Source of the DNA: Phycisphaerales bacterium
GTDB taxonomy: Bacteria; Planctomycetota; Phycisphaerae; WQYP01
DNA length: 10,701 nt
Direction of reading: 5' to 3'
Assembly (NCBI GenBank): GCA_027451365.1
Contig: DAIDJN010000031.1
Span: 1-10,701, forward strand
A program made the translations under genes and the position numbers. The notes beneath the pieces were generated by a model. That model was not told the origin of the DNA and made no database searches. It saw nothing but the letters and a program-made list of their open reading frames with translations. Below, piece after piece: positions 1 to 7,994 of this stretch (position 1 is its first letter; every line of letters begins with the position of its first letter).

Positions 1-72
1 GGGGAGGGAATTCTACATGCGATTGCCCTGCGCCCCTCACATTTTCCCATTGATATTGCATCGATGTTGCAT

Positions 73-504
73 TCATGACCCGTCAAGCTGGGTGAATGTC
101 GCTTCGGCGGCCTTCACACCACTGATCGCCGCGGGAAAGCCGGCATAAAGAGCCATCTGCATAATCACTTCCACCACTTCACCGCGCGAAAGGCCAGTTC
201 GCAAGCCTGCCTGAATGTGAGACCGCAGCTCATCACCGGTGTGCCCAAGAGCCACCAATGCCGCAATTGTTGCAATTTGGCGCGATCGCGGGCTAAGCCC
301 TGAACGGCTGTAAACGTCCCCAAAGCCAAATTCAATAATCCATTTCTTCAAGTCCGGCGCTATATTGTCCAGCCGCGCCAGCACGGCAAGGCCATAATCG
401 CCATGAATTTTCCGCAGAGTTTTCTGGCCAATTTTGCGGCGATCGGGTTGCTTTCCGTATTTGCGAGTCGCTTTTCGGATGGATTTCAACGGATGCTCCT
501 GCAT
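73..504 (-). CDS. Carboxymuconolactone decarboxylase (CMD/AhpD-like) family protein
   Basis: Typical CMD-family string EFGFGDVYSRSGLSPRSRQIATIAALVALG...ELRSHIQAGLRTGLSRGEVVEVIMQMALYAGFPAA. No CxxC, so not AhpD proper. The true start may be TTG at 489, which has AGGAG 6 nt upstream. Confidence 0.9.
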   Translation of the reverse strand: MQEHPLKSIRKATRKYGKQPDRRKIGQKTLRKIHGDYGLAVLARLDNIAPDLKKWIIEFGFGDVYSRSGLSPRSRQIATIAALVALGHTGDELRSHIQAGLRTGLSRGEVVEVIMQMALYAGFPAAISGVKAAEATFTQLDGS

Positions 505-649
505 AAAGTCAATTTTCTATCGTCAAACAACATCATGGACATTTCGGGTACTGCAAATAACATGCCCCATTTCCCCGGCAGTTTTCACCGGTCGCGTGGC
601 CGCAGGCTTCAAGCTATGGGTACCGCCTGAAAATTCCTGCCGGACGGTT

Positions 650-679
650 TTGATTCACCACCCGGTTGTCTCGTATAAT
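650..679 (+). promoter_or_regulatory. Putative sigma70 promoter of leuC
   Basis: TTGATT (650-655), 18-nt spacer, TATAAT (674-679), about 105 nt upstream of the leuC ATG; AGGAG RBS at 769-773. Confidence 0.55.
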
Positions 680-783
680 AACCAGCCGGTTCACAAGGCG
701 GAAATTTCCTGAACCGTATGACAGAACGAATGAAGCGCTCTTTCTTTCCGCCGGCTGAGCCCCAACCCAGGAGAAAATAACCC

Positions 784-2190
784 ATGGCGGGAATGACGAT
801 CACGGAAAAAATCTTTGCGAAACACTCCGGCAAGGCCCGCGTAAGCCCTGGCGACAACGTCTGGGTGGATGTGGATGTCCTGATGACTCACGATGTGTGC
901 GGCCCCGGCACCATCGGTATTTTTCATGAAAAATTCGGACGCCAGGCGAAGGTCTGGGACAAGGAACGGGTGGTCATTATTCCAGACCACTACATTTTCA
1001 CCGCGGACGACAAATGCCACCGAAATGTGCAGATTTTGCGCGATTTTGTCCGCGAACAGGGTCTGAAATATTACTATGACCCGGAATTTGTGAAAAACGA
1101 ACCGGGCATGCCCAACCCCTATCTGGATCCAACCAAAACCCGTTACAAGGGTGTCTGCCACAAGGCGCTGCCCGAAGAGGGCCATGTGCGCCCCGGCGAA
1201 ATTCTGCTCGGTACGGATAGCCACACCTGCACAGCCGGTGCCTTTGGCCAGTTTGCCTCCGGCGTGGGCAATACAGACGCCGCGTTTACACTTGGCACCG
1301 GCAAAACCTGGCTTAAAACGCCCCCCACCATGAAATTTGTGTTTCATGGCGAAATCCCCCCATATTTAACCGCCAAAGACCTGATTCTTGCCGTCATCGG
1401 TGAAATTGGCGTGGCTGGCGCCACTTATAAAACCATGTACTTCGGCGGCGCAGGCATTTCCTCGTTAACCCTCGAAGACCGCATGACACTTACCAACATG
1501 GCCATTGAAGCGGGCGGCAAAAACGGCGTCTGCGATGTGGACGAAAAGACACTCCAATATGTTAAACATCGCAGCCACGTGAAAAACTGGGAAGTTTTCA
1601 AGGACGACGCGAACGCTGAGTTCTGTTACCACAAGGAATGGGACCTGGCTTCTTTTGAACCGCTGGTGGCAAAACCGCACTCGCCGGATAACCGCGATAC
1701 GGCACTGAATTGCCGCCATGTGAAGGTTGATCAGGCATACATCGGAAGTTGCACAGGCGGAAAAATAACCGACATGATTTTCGCCGCCAGCATTCTTAAA
1801 GGCAATCGGGTCAAGGTCCCCACCTTTGTGGTGCCCGGCTCAACCGAAGTTCATGCCGATATGAAGCGGCTGAATCTGGTCGGTGCGGAAAAAGGCCCGA
1901 ACGAAAAAAGCATTGAGGAAATTCTGCTGGATGCCGGCTGCCGCGTCGGCCCCAGCGGTTGCAGCGCTTGCCTGGGCGGCCCATCCGATACCTTCGGCCG
2001 GCTTGCGGGCACAGAAGTCTGTATCAGCACCACAAACCGCAATTTTCCTGGCCGCATGGGGTCCATGCAGGCGTCGGTGTATCTGGCCAGCCCATTAACC
2101 GTTGCCGCCAGCGCCCTGACAGGCCACATTACCGATCCGCGAGATTACGTCGTAAAGCCCATCCAGACCGGTATGGCAGGCGTGCTGTAA
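784..2190 (+). CDS. leuC: 3-isopropylmalate dehydratase large subunit (aconitase family, LeuC/HacA-like)
   Basis: MTITEKIFA start, MTHDVCGPGT, IIPDH, GVCH, GTDSHTCTAGAFG, Fe-S cysteines in YIGSCTGG and GCSACLGG, STTNRNFPGRMG, YLASP; RBS present. Confidence 0.92.
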   Translation: MAGMTITEKIFAKHSGKARVSPGDNVWVDVDVLMTHDVCGPGTIGIFHEKFGRQAKVWDKERVVIIPDHYIFTADDKCHRNVQILRDFVREQGLKYYYDPEFVKNEPGMPNPYLDPTKTRYKGVCHKALPEEGHVRPGEILLGTDSHTCTAGAFGQFASGVGNTDAAFTLGTGKTWLKTPPTMKFVFHGEIPPYLTAKDLILAVIGEIGVAGATYKTMYFGGAGISSLTLEDRMTLTNMAIEAGGKNGVCDVDEKTLQYVKHRSHVKNWEVFKDDANAEFCYHKEWDLASFEPLVAKPHSPDNRDTALNCRHVKVDQAYIGSCTGGKITDMIFAASILKGNRVKVPTFVVPGSTEVHADMKRLNLVGAEKGPNEKSIEEILLDAGCRVGPSGCSACLGGPSDTFGRLAGTEVCISTTNRNFPGRMGSMQASVYLASPLTVAASALTGHITDPRDYVVKPIQTGMAGVL

Positions 2191-2225
2191 AGGCCCGGTC
2201 ATCGCTCAAACGCCATTAAAACCTT

Positions 2226-2273
2226 AAAGCCCTGAAGTTTTGGCATAATAGCCAAAGTTCAGGGCCTTTTCTT
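2226..2273. terminator. Intrinsic terminator, probably bidirectional
   Basis: GCCCTGAAGTTTTGGC (2229-2244) / ATAATA loop / GCCAAAGTTCAGGGC (2251-2265) gives 15 bp with one bulge and one G-U pair. Followed by CTTTTCTT on + and preceded by AAA. Lies between the converging leuC and 73-aa ORF. Confidence 0.85.
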
Positions 2274-2344
2274 GCATTTTTTTCGGCAATATGCATTTTC
2301 GCGAATATTCGCGCGTCATATGTCGCCCGCGCCATGGCGCGCCA

Positions 2345-2566
2345 TCAATTAAGTGAGGTCAAATCCGCATCATCGCGCCGGTGACGTTCGGCGTTCATAC
2401 GCATATTCAGGTGAACGGTGCTGCCGTTGCTGACAGGCTTATTCAGGTCAATAAACGTGGCGCTGCACACACTGTCACTTGCGTTCGGCCGCACTCGGCC
2501 GGGCTGCTTGTTGCTCATTTGAGGGCTAGCGGGTTGCGAAACGACAATCTTGAAACAGGCGGACAT
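2345..2566 (-). CDS. Hypothetical small protein (73 aa)
   Basis: GGAGGA Shine-Dalgarno 6 nt before the ATG (minus strand GGAGGATTCGCCATG). Fills the gap between the terminator and the dnaX promoter region. No recognisable domain. Confidence 0.5.
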   Translation of the reverse strand: MSACFKIVVSQPASPQMSNKQPGRVRPNASDSVCSATFIDLNKPVSNGSTVHLNMRMNAERHRRDDADLTSLN

Positions 2567-2669
2567 GGCGAATCCTCCAAAACGAATCCAACCTCGTTAG
2601 AATCTGCAACATCCATGTCACTGTTACCTTCTATCCTTCGGCATTCGGCAGGAAAATAGTGATTAACTT

Positions 2670-2687
2670 TTGTAAAATTATCTACAA
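2670..2687. promoter_or_regulatory. Palindromic operator-like site TTGTA-N8-TACAA
   Basis: TTGTAAAATTATCTACAA, an 18-bp AT-rich dyad in the divergent intergenic region, 2 nt upstream of a putative -35 box. Confidence 0.4.
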
Positions 2688-2689
2688 TT

Positions 2690-2718
2690 CTGCCAGCTTG
2701 GATCCAGCGTCCTATAAT
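2690..2718 (+). promoter_or_regulatory. Putative sigma70 promoter upstream of dnaX
   Basis: CTGCCA (2690-2695), 17-nt spacer, TATAAT (2713-2718). Confidence 0.5.
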
Positions 2719-2796
2719 GTTTTCATTTGAGGGCTAAATTGGCCGAAACTCCGCTTTTGGCTGGTCGGCTATATAAATTGTGGCTATAGTGTCCGC

Positions 2797-4611
2797 ATGT
2801 CAGAAGCATACACAGTTTTGGCTCGCCGCTACCGCTCCCGAAACTTTGGCGAGCTGGTTGGGCAGGAGGCTATCGCCCAAACGCTGCGGAATGCCATCAC
2901 CACTGGGCGCCTTGCCCATGCCTTCCTTTTTACCGGCACCCGTGGCGTCGGAAAAACATCTTCGGCCCGAATTCTGGCCAAGGCCATTAATTGCCCCAAC
3001 AGCAAAGAAGGTCAGCCCTGTGGCCAATGTCCCACGTGCCTTGCTATCAGCCGTGGGGAAGATATTGACGTAATTGAAATTGACGGTGCATCCAACAACG
3101 GCGTGGACAACATCCGCGACCTGCGCCAAAGCGCCGGTATCACGCCGAGCCATTCTCCGTACAAAATTTATATCATCGACGAAGTGCACATGCTTTCCAG
3201 CGGCGCATTTAACGCGCTGCTTAAAACACTTGAAGAGCCGCCCCCCCATGTAAAATTTATTTTTGCCACTACAGATGTACATAAGGTACCGCCTACTATT
3301 TTAAGCCGCTGTCAGCGCTACGACTTTAAAAATATCCCCGCCGCCCGCATTGCGGAACATCTGACCGCAATCTGTCAAACGGAAAATGTCGCCGCCGACG
3401 CCGCCGCCCTTCACCGCATTGCGATTCTGGCGGCCGGGTCCATGCGCGACGCGCTTTCCCTGCTGGACCGCGTGCTTTCGCTGGGTGCCCAACGTATCAC
3501 CGAACCCCTGCTCGATGAATTGCTCGGCAAGCCGTCCGTGGCGGCGCTGGCCAGCCTGGCCGAGGCCCTGATTGACGCCCAACCGGGCCTTGCGCTTGAA
3601 AAAGCCCAGGTCATGCTGGACACCGGCATGGCGCCTGAACATGTGCTGGCTGAAATGACTGATTTTTTCCGCAACTTAATGGTTCTCCGGGTCTGTGGAG
3701 ACAATACGCCTCTCCTGGATGTTCCCGCCGAATGGCGATCCACACTCGCAGCCTTAGCGCCGAAACTGCCCACTCCGGTTCTGGTCCATCATATTGCCCT
3801 GTGCGATCAGACACAGCGATCTATCCGCAACAGCACCATGCCCCGCCCCCTGTTTGATGCACTTCTTGTGCGGCTGGCTCTGGCGGCTGAATTTTCCGCC
3901 ATTCGCGAAGTCTTGGAACAAGCCAGCGACGCGCAAAAAAAAAATGACACCGTGATTTCCGCCGCACCTGTTACGCCGCGCTTGCCCGCCTCCGCTCCCT
4001 TGCCGTCGTCATCGGGATCCGCTCCCCTGCCCGGCTACGTCCCCATTCATTCGCCGCCACACGCATCGCCGCCCAAGGTCGATACGCTGGCATTGCAGAC
4101 GAATCTGCCGCCGGACGGCCCAACGGCGAATTCGTCCACTGAAGATGTTGCCATGGCCTGGCAAACAACCCTGGACCTGCTGCGTGCCAGCAAGTTCGCC
4201 ACCATGCTGGCCGTGCTTGACCACCGCTCGCGACTGGTTTCGCTGGATATGCTTTCCGGAAATGCCCGCGTAGAAATCGATGGTCATTTGCGATCAATGC
4301 TTTCTTCGCCCGCCTGCGTTGCGGCCATAGAATCGCATCTTGGACAGACTGTCGGGCGGACCGTTCGACTGGAAATAATTTGGCGGCAACCCGCGCCGGC
4401 CCCCGCCCGCGAAGCGCCGAAGGAAGCTCTTCATAACGCGGCCGCGCCACCACAGGAACGAACCGCCCCTCCATCGACCGCGACCGCCCCGGTTTCGCCT
4501 GAAACGCTGGCTGCGGCCAACGAACTTCCAGTCGTCAAACGCCTGGCCGGAAAATTTAAGGTGCAGGTACTTAATGCCCGGATTGTTGAACCGGAATCCG
4601 CGGAGACCTGA
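2797..4611 (+). CDS. dnaX: DNA polymerase III subunit gamma/tau
   Basis: YTVLARRYR start, Walker A GTRGVGKTS, four-Cys zinc module C..PCGQCPTC, EIDGASNNGVD, Walker B IIDEVHMLS, LLKTLEEPP, SRC motif, GSMRDALSLLD, Pro/Ala-rich linker; synteny with ybaB-recR. Confidence 0.97.
   Translation: MSEAYTVLARRYRSRNFGELVGQEAIAQTLRNAITTGRLAHAFLFTGTRGVGKTSSARILAKAINCPNSKEGQPCGQCPTCLAISRGEDIDVIEIDGASNNGVDNIRDLRQSAGITPSHSPYKIYIIDEVHMLSSGAFNALLKTLEEPPPHVKFIFATTDVHKVPPTILSRCQRYDFKNIPAARIAEHLTAICQTENVAADAAALHRIAILAAGSMRDALSLLDRVLSLGAQRITEPLLDELLGKPSVAALASLAEALIDAQPGLALEKAQVMLDTGMAPEHVLAEMTDFFRNLMVLRVCGDNTPLLDVPAEWRSTLAALAPKLPTPVLVHHIALCDQTQRSIRNSTMPRPLFDALLVRLALAAEFSAIREVLEQASDAQKKNDTVISAAPVTPRLPASAPLPSSSGSAPLPGYVPIHSPPHASPPKVDTLALQTNLPPDGPTANSSTEDVAMAWQTTLDLLRASKFATMLAVLDHRSRLVSLDMLSGNARVEIDGHLRSMLSSPACVAAIESHLGQTVGRTVRLEIIWRQPAPAPAREAPKEALHNAAAPPQERTAPPSTATAPVSPETLAAANELPVVKRLAGKFKVQVLNARIVEPESAET
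3935..3955 (+). other. Probable programmed slippage/frameshift site producing the gamma subunit
   Basis: A10 run (3935-3944) at the end of the gamma-core domains; TGA at 3945-3947 in the -1 frame and TGA at 3953-3955 in the +1 frame. Confidence 0.75.
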
Positions 4612-4721
4612 TGCAACAAAGTTTCTCACTGCCGGTCAAAATGCGAACCGTTTTGTTTTTTGTCACCGAATGTGTTTTTATTGATCCATTGAAACTACTT
4701 TATCAGCAAGGATAACAGCAA

Positions 4722-5069
4722 ATGTTTGATTCTCTAAAAGCCATGAGTCAATTAGGTCCGATGATGGCCAAAGCTCGGGAAATGCAGTCTAAAATGGCGG
4801 AACTTCAGCAACGCATGGGAACACTCCGGGCCACCGGAACCGCAGGCGGCGGCAGCGTAACAGCCACCGCCAACGGCCGTCTGGAAATTCTGGATATTGT
4901 GTTCGCCGCCGACGCCCCCATCATGGACCGCCCCGCCATGGCCGAACTGACCCTTTCCGCGGTCAATCTGGCACTGGCCAACGCGCGCCAATTGGTACAG
5001 GCGGAAATGCGGAATATTACCGGCGATGTGGACCTCTCGGCGGTTCAACAAATGCTCGGCGGTGCCTGA
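4722..5069 (+). CDS. ybaB: YbaB/EbfC family nucleoid-associated protein
   Basis: MMAKAREMQSKM...ATGTAGGGSVTATANGRLEILDI...LTLSAVNLALANA pattern, 115 aa, canonical position between dnaX and recR, AAGGA RBS. Confidence 0.93.
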   Translation: MFDSLKAMSQLGPMMAKAREMQSKMAELQQRMGTLRATGTAGGGSVTATANGRLEILDIVFAADAPIMDRPAMAELTLSAVNLALANARQLVQAEMRNITGDVDLSAVQQMLGGA

Positions 5070-5137
5070 GACCATTCCACCCTTACACGCTGGCGGCAAC
5101 GGCCCGGCCGACTTCCGAAGCCAAACAGGAATCACCC

Positions 5138-5767
5138 ATGGGACATGCAAAAAGCGGTTATAGTGCGGCGGTACGAAATCTGATGGACCTTCTCGGCCAA
5201 CTGCCGGGAATCGGCTCCCGGTCGGCAGAGCGGATGGTATTTCATATTCTAAAGGGTTCCGCAGATGACGCCATCGCACTCGCCCGCGCCATTGAAGCCG
5301 TGAAGACACAGGTCCGCCATTGCCGCATCTGCTATCACCTTACAGAAACTGACCCGTGCGACATTTGTGCCGACGCCTCGCGCGACCAGGCCCTTATCTG
5401 CGTAGTCGAACAACCCAAAGACCTGTTCCAAATTGAATCCACCGGCGCGTTCCATGGCGTTTACCATGTGCTGCTGGGTCATTTATCCCCGCTTGATGGC
5501 ATTTTTCCCGCCGACCTTACCATTGACGCCCTGGTCGCCAGAACCTTAAAAAACAATCCCGATGGCTCGCCCATCATCCGTGAAATTATTCTGGCCACCA
5601 ACCCCACCATGGATGGCGACGGCACAGCAATGTACCTTCAGGAACGGCTTGCCGGTTCTGGAATTACCATTACCCGACTGGCCCGCGGAATGCCCGCTGG
5701 TGGCCAGATTGAGCACGCCAACAAAGCCATACTTTCCGACGCGCTTTCCGGCCGAACAAGACTATGA
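5138..5767 (+). CDS. recR: Recombination mediator RecR
   Basis: HhH LPGIGSRSAERM, C4 zinc finger CRIC...PCDIC, ICVVEQPKD, YHVLLGHLSPLDG, Toprim EIILATNPTMDGDGTA, ITRLARGMP. Confidence 0.97.
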   Translation: MGHAKSGYSAAVRNLMDLLGQLPGIGSRSAERMVFHILKGSADDAIALARAIEAVKTQVRHCRICYHLTETDPCDICADASRDQALICVVEQPKDLFQIESTGAFHGVYHVLLGHLSPLDGIFPADLTIDALVARTLKNNPDGSPIIREIILATNPTMDGDGTAMYLQERLAGSGITITRLARGMPAGGQIEHANKAILSDALSGRTRL

Positions 5768-6195
5768 AAATATCACTATATTTCATTGCGATCAATCACC
5801 CGGCCCACTCCATCGCACATCGCGGAGAATTCAGCCCTTCCGCTTCGGCATATCCGAAAGCCTGCCTGCCATACCGTCATATTTCCCCGCCCCCGCGCGG
5901 GCCACGGCGATATCCTCACCCGCAGTTTGTCGTACAAAAAGTGAAGAAGCTCTGCATTTACGCTTGTTTCCTTTACTTTTTCCATTCAGCGTATTGGGCA
6001 CAGCCCCGGCAGTTTCGAGGCTCGCTCACGCCTGCTGGAGCGGGACCGCATCGCTGATGACGGAGAATCTTGGTTGCTCGGCTTTCCAGCCATCCAAATA
6101 ATCCAAGCTGAACACCATGGCCCGCCAATTCTTGTTGCGTCCTGGTTTCGCTCCTCCTGGCATTTTTCCACAACGGCGATCGACGCACATTTCGA

Positions 6196-6543
6196 TTATC
6201 GAAAAAGCGCCCGATGATACACCACCATAAAGCCTGTCATAAAGATGCCGCACCAGACGACCAGGAAAACAGCCCAGCGAGGCAATCCGCCGACTGTGCG
6301 GCCCGGCAAAAGAAAATGCCTCAACACCACCGCCAGACCGAAAAGCGCCAAAAGGCCGATCAGCGCCGATGAACCAATGTACACCACCTCGGCCACACTC
6401 ATTCCATCGCCCGGTTGCGAATTGGACCGACCGGCATGCGCAATAACGAAGGCCGCCGCCCCAACAAATATCGCGGTGGCAATAACAGAGAAAGCGGCCA
6501 AAACCCAGCCGCCAGCACCTTTTCGCCAAATATTCTTTAGCAT
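6196..6543 (-). CDS. Hypothetical integral membrane protein (about 3 TM helices); candidate immunity protein
   Basis: Three hydrophobic stretches with basic termini. GAGGA RBS overlaps the upstream gene's TGA (TTTTGAGGATGAACAATG), suggesting translational coupling. Confidence 0.7.
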   Translation of the reverse strand: MLKNIWRKGAGGWVLAAFSVIATAIFVGAAAFVIAHAGRSNSQPGDGMSVAEVVYIGSSALIGLLALFGLAVVLRHFLLPGRTVGGLPRWAVFLVVWCGIFMTGFMVVYHRALFR

Positions 6544-6552
6544 TGTTCATCC

Positions 6553-7770
6553 TCAAAACAGAAAAAGAGGCCGAAAGTCCCGAGGGACGCTAGCGCCCCA
6601 GGGGGACGGCAGCGGTCTTGGCACTCCGTGTGTAAAGCCCGCCAGAGCAGCAGTCTTCGCAACCACCCGGGATTCAGCCGATCCCTTCCGGCAACCCACG
6701 TCACCAAAACTCAGGCACTTTCCATTAGGCCCAAAAAACAGCCACCTCCAGTCGTTGTATCCCGACGCCAGGCCGATCTGACTGGCGTGTATCCCCGTGG
6801 CTCTGCAAATGTAGAGGTTTCCCTCGGGGCAGGTACACCGGATTATTCTGGAAATATACGAACCGCCTTTCGGAAACGCAGTCAGGATGCACGCGATCCT
6901 TAAGGCTGGCGATTTATGCCCCCGCCGCGGCAATATTCCGGCGGCCGTCTGGAACACATCCTCCGCGTCCATCCGCTTGAGAGCACTGAATGCCGCTGCG
7001 GAAAGCGAGGCCGCACTCCAGGGTGTGCTGCCTGTTCGTTCCAGGATATCAATCACGCGCCTTCGCCGCGCCAACGCATCCGGCAAATCCACTGCCACCC
7101 AGGGCGGCGACACCGCAGGCCACGCGCCCACCACCACGGCATTGCCATGTGGGTCTCTCTCAGCCACGGCGTAAAATCTCGGTGGCACCGGATCGCCCGT
7201 GCCGCTTATCGTTAATTGGCCCGGCGACATGGGCACTGCAACGTAAAGGAGGTGATTCACGGAAAGCCAATGCCTCCGCTTCGGCCGGGGCATAGCCGGG
7301 CTCGACGCCAAGTTTCCACCAGCGCGATCCCAACTCAATGGGCTGATCTGGTGCAACGGCCAAGAGGAAGCGGTACCGCTCCATTTTACCTTTATAGCCC
7401 CTGGGTATTGCGGAAATTTTACTCCGACCGGCCAACCAATCTGCAGGGTCTCTGAGGAGTTGGAGGCGGGTGGCAATCTGAATCGCATTCCAAATGCGGC
7501 AACGTGAACACTCGGACCATAATTGGCGGCCAGCGCCACCATTCTGGCCCAAGGAACCGATTCAGTTGCCACCGTCAAATTCGCGGAGCCGCGCGACGCT
7601 GGCAGGCCGTAAAATCGGGAAAGAATTCGGAACGGCCCTTTCTCAACCTGACGAAGCCAAAGCAGACAACATACCAGCCACAACAAGGCAACAGCAACCG
7701 GCACCGCCCAAACCACCGTCCGCTTAATCACCAGGCTCGCGGCACCGTGAACGCCAGTAGAATTCGCCAT
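6553..7770 (-). CDS. Hypothetical protein with N-terminal membrane anchor (405 aa)
   Basis: Long ORF, AAGGAG 7 nt before the ATG at 7770, KR followed by the hydrophobic VVWAVPVAVALLWLVCCLLWL segment. No family recognised. Confidence 0.7.
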   Translation of the reverse strand: MANSTGVHGAASLVIKRTVVWAVPVAVALLWLVCCLLWLRQVEKGPFRILSRFYGLPASRGSANLTVATESVPWARMVALAANYGPSVHVAAFGMRFRLPPASNSSETLQIGWPVGVKFPQYPGAIKVKWSGTASSWPLHQISPLSWDRAGGNLASSPAMPRPKRRHWLSVNHLLYVAVPMSPGQLTISGTGDPVPPRFYAVAERDPHGNAVVVGAWPAVSPPWVAVDLPDALARRRRVIDILERTGSTPWSAASLSAAAFSALKRMDAEDVFQTAAGILPRRGHKSPALRIACILTAFPKGGSYISRIIRCTCPEGNLYICRATGIHASQIGLASGYNDWRWLFFGPNGKCLSFGDVGCRKGSAESRVVAKTAALAGFTHGVPRPLPSPWGASVPRDFRPLFLF

Positions 7771-7781
7771 CAATCATCTCC

Positions 7782-7862
7782 TTAGCATTGCGAGTCACCG
7801 CGCCCGGCATGAGGCCAAAATGCGCGACGATCTTCATTCGATAGCCCATCCCGCTGATTCAC
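7782..7862 (-). CDS. Possible 26-aa small ORF (MNQRDGLSNEDRRAFWPHAGRGDSQC)
   Basis: GAGGAG, 6-nt spacer, GTG at 7862; its TAA overlaps the AAGGAG RBS of the next gene (TAAGGAG). Below the ORF-track size cutoff. Confidence 0.3.
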   Translation of the reverse strand: MNQRDGLSNEDRRAFWPHAGRGDSQC

Positions 7863-7994
7863 CGTTGACTCCTCGAAACTGTTCAACAATCAAAGAATCA
7901 GGATTTACACCGCCAGAAAATTCCCGCCAGATGGGGTTCGCGGGATGTTTACCGACGATCGGCACAGGAAAAGAACATCTGAAAGGAGTTCCCA

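Noticed and set aside
52..73. 11-bp tandem near-repeat GATATTGCATC/GATGTTGCATT after the CMD gene
   Set aside because: Only two imperfect copies near the window edge; no function can be supported.
718..780. 20-aa upstream ORF (MTERMKRSFFPPAEPQPRRK) and hairpin 687-716 as a leucine attenuator
   Set aside because: No Leu, Ile or Val codons, no clear RBS, and no terminator hairpin with a U-tract before leuC.
2275..2796. SRP RNA (ffs), often found next to dnaX
   Set aside because: No SRP domain IV motif (CAGG...GNRA...AGCAG) found on either strand.
3948..4611. Low-complexity Pro/Ala-rich dnaX C-terminal part as a foreign insertion or intein
   Set aside because: Pro/Ala linkers and divergent C-terminal domains are normal for tau; no intein terminal motifs.
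5764..6057. 97-aa ORF overlapping the recR stop (ATGA)
   Set aside because: The overlap is suggestive, but the composition is not protein-like and there is no RBS or motif; likely spurious.
6026..6781. Overlapping 176-aa (-) and 178-aa (+) ORFs
   Set aside because: Alternative-frame or antisense shadows of the 115-aa membrane gene, which has the well-spaced RBS and coherent TM pattern.
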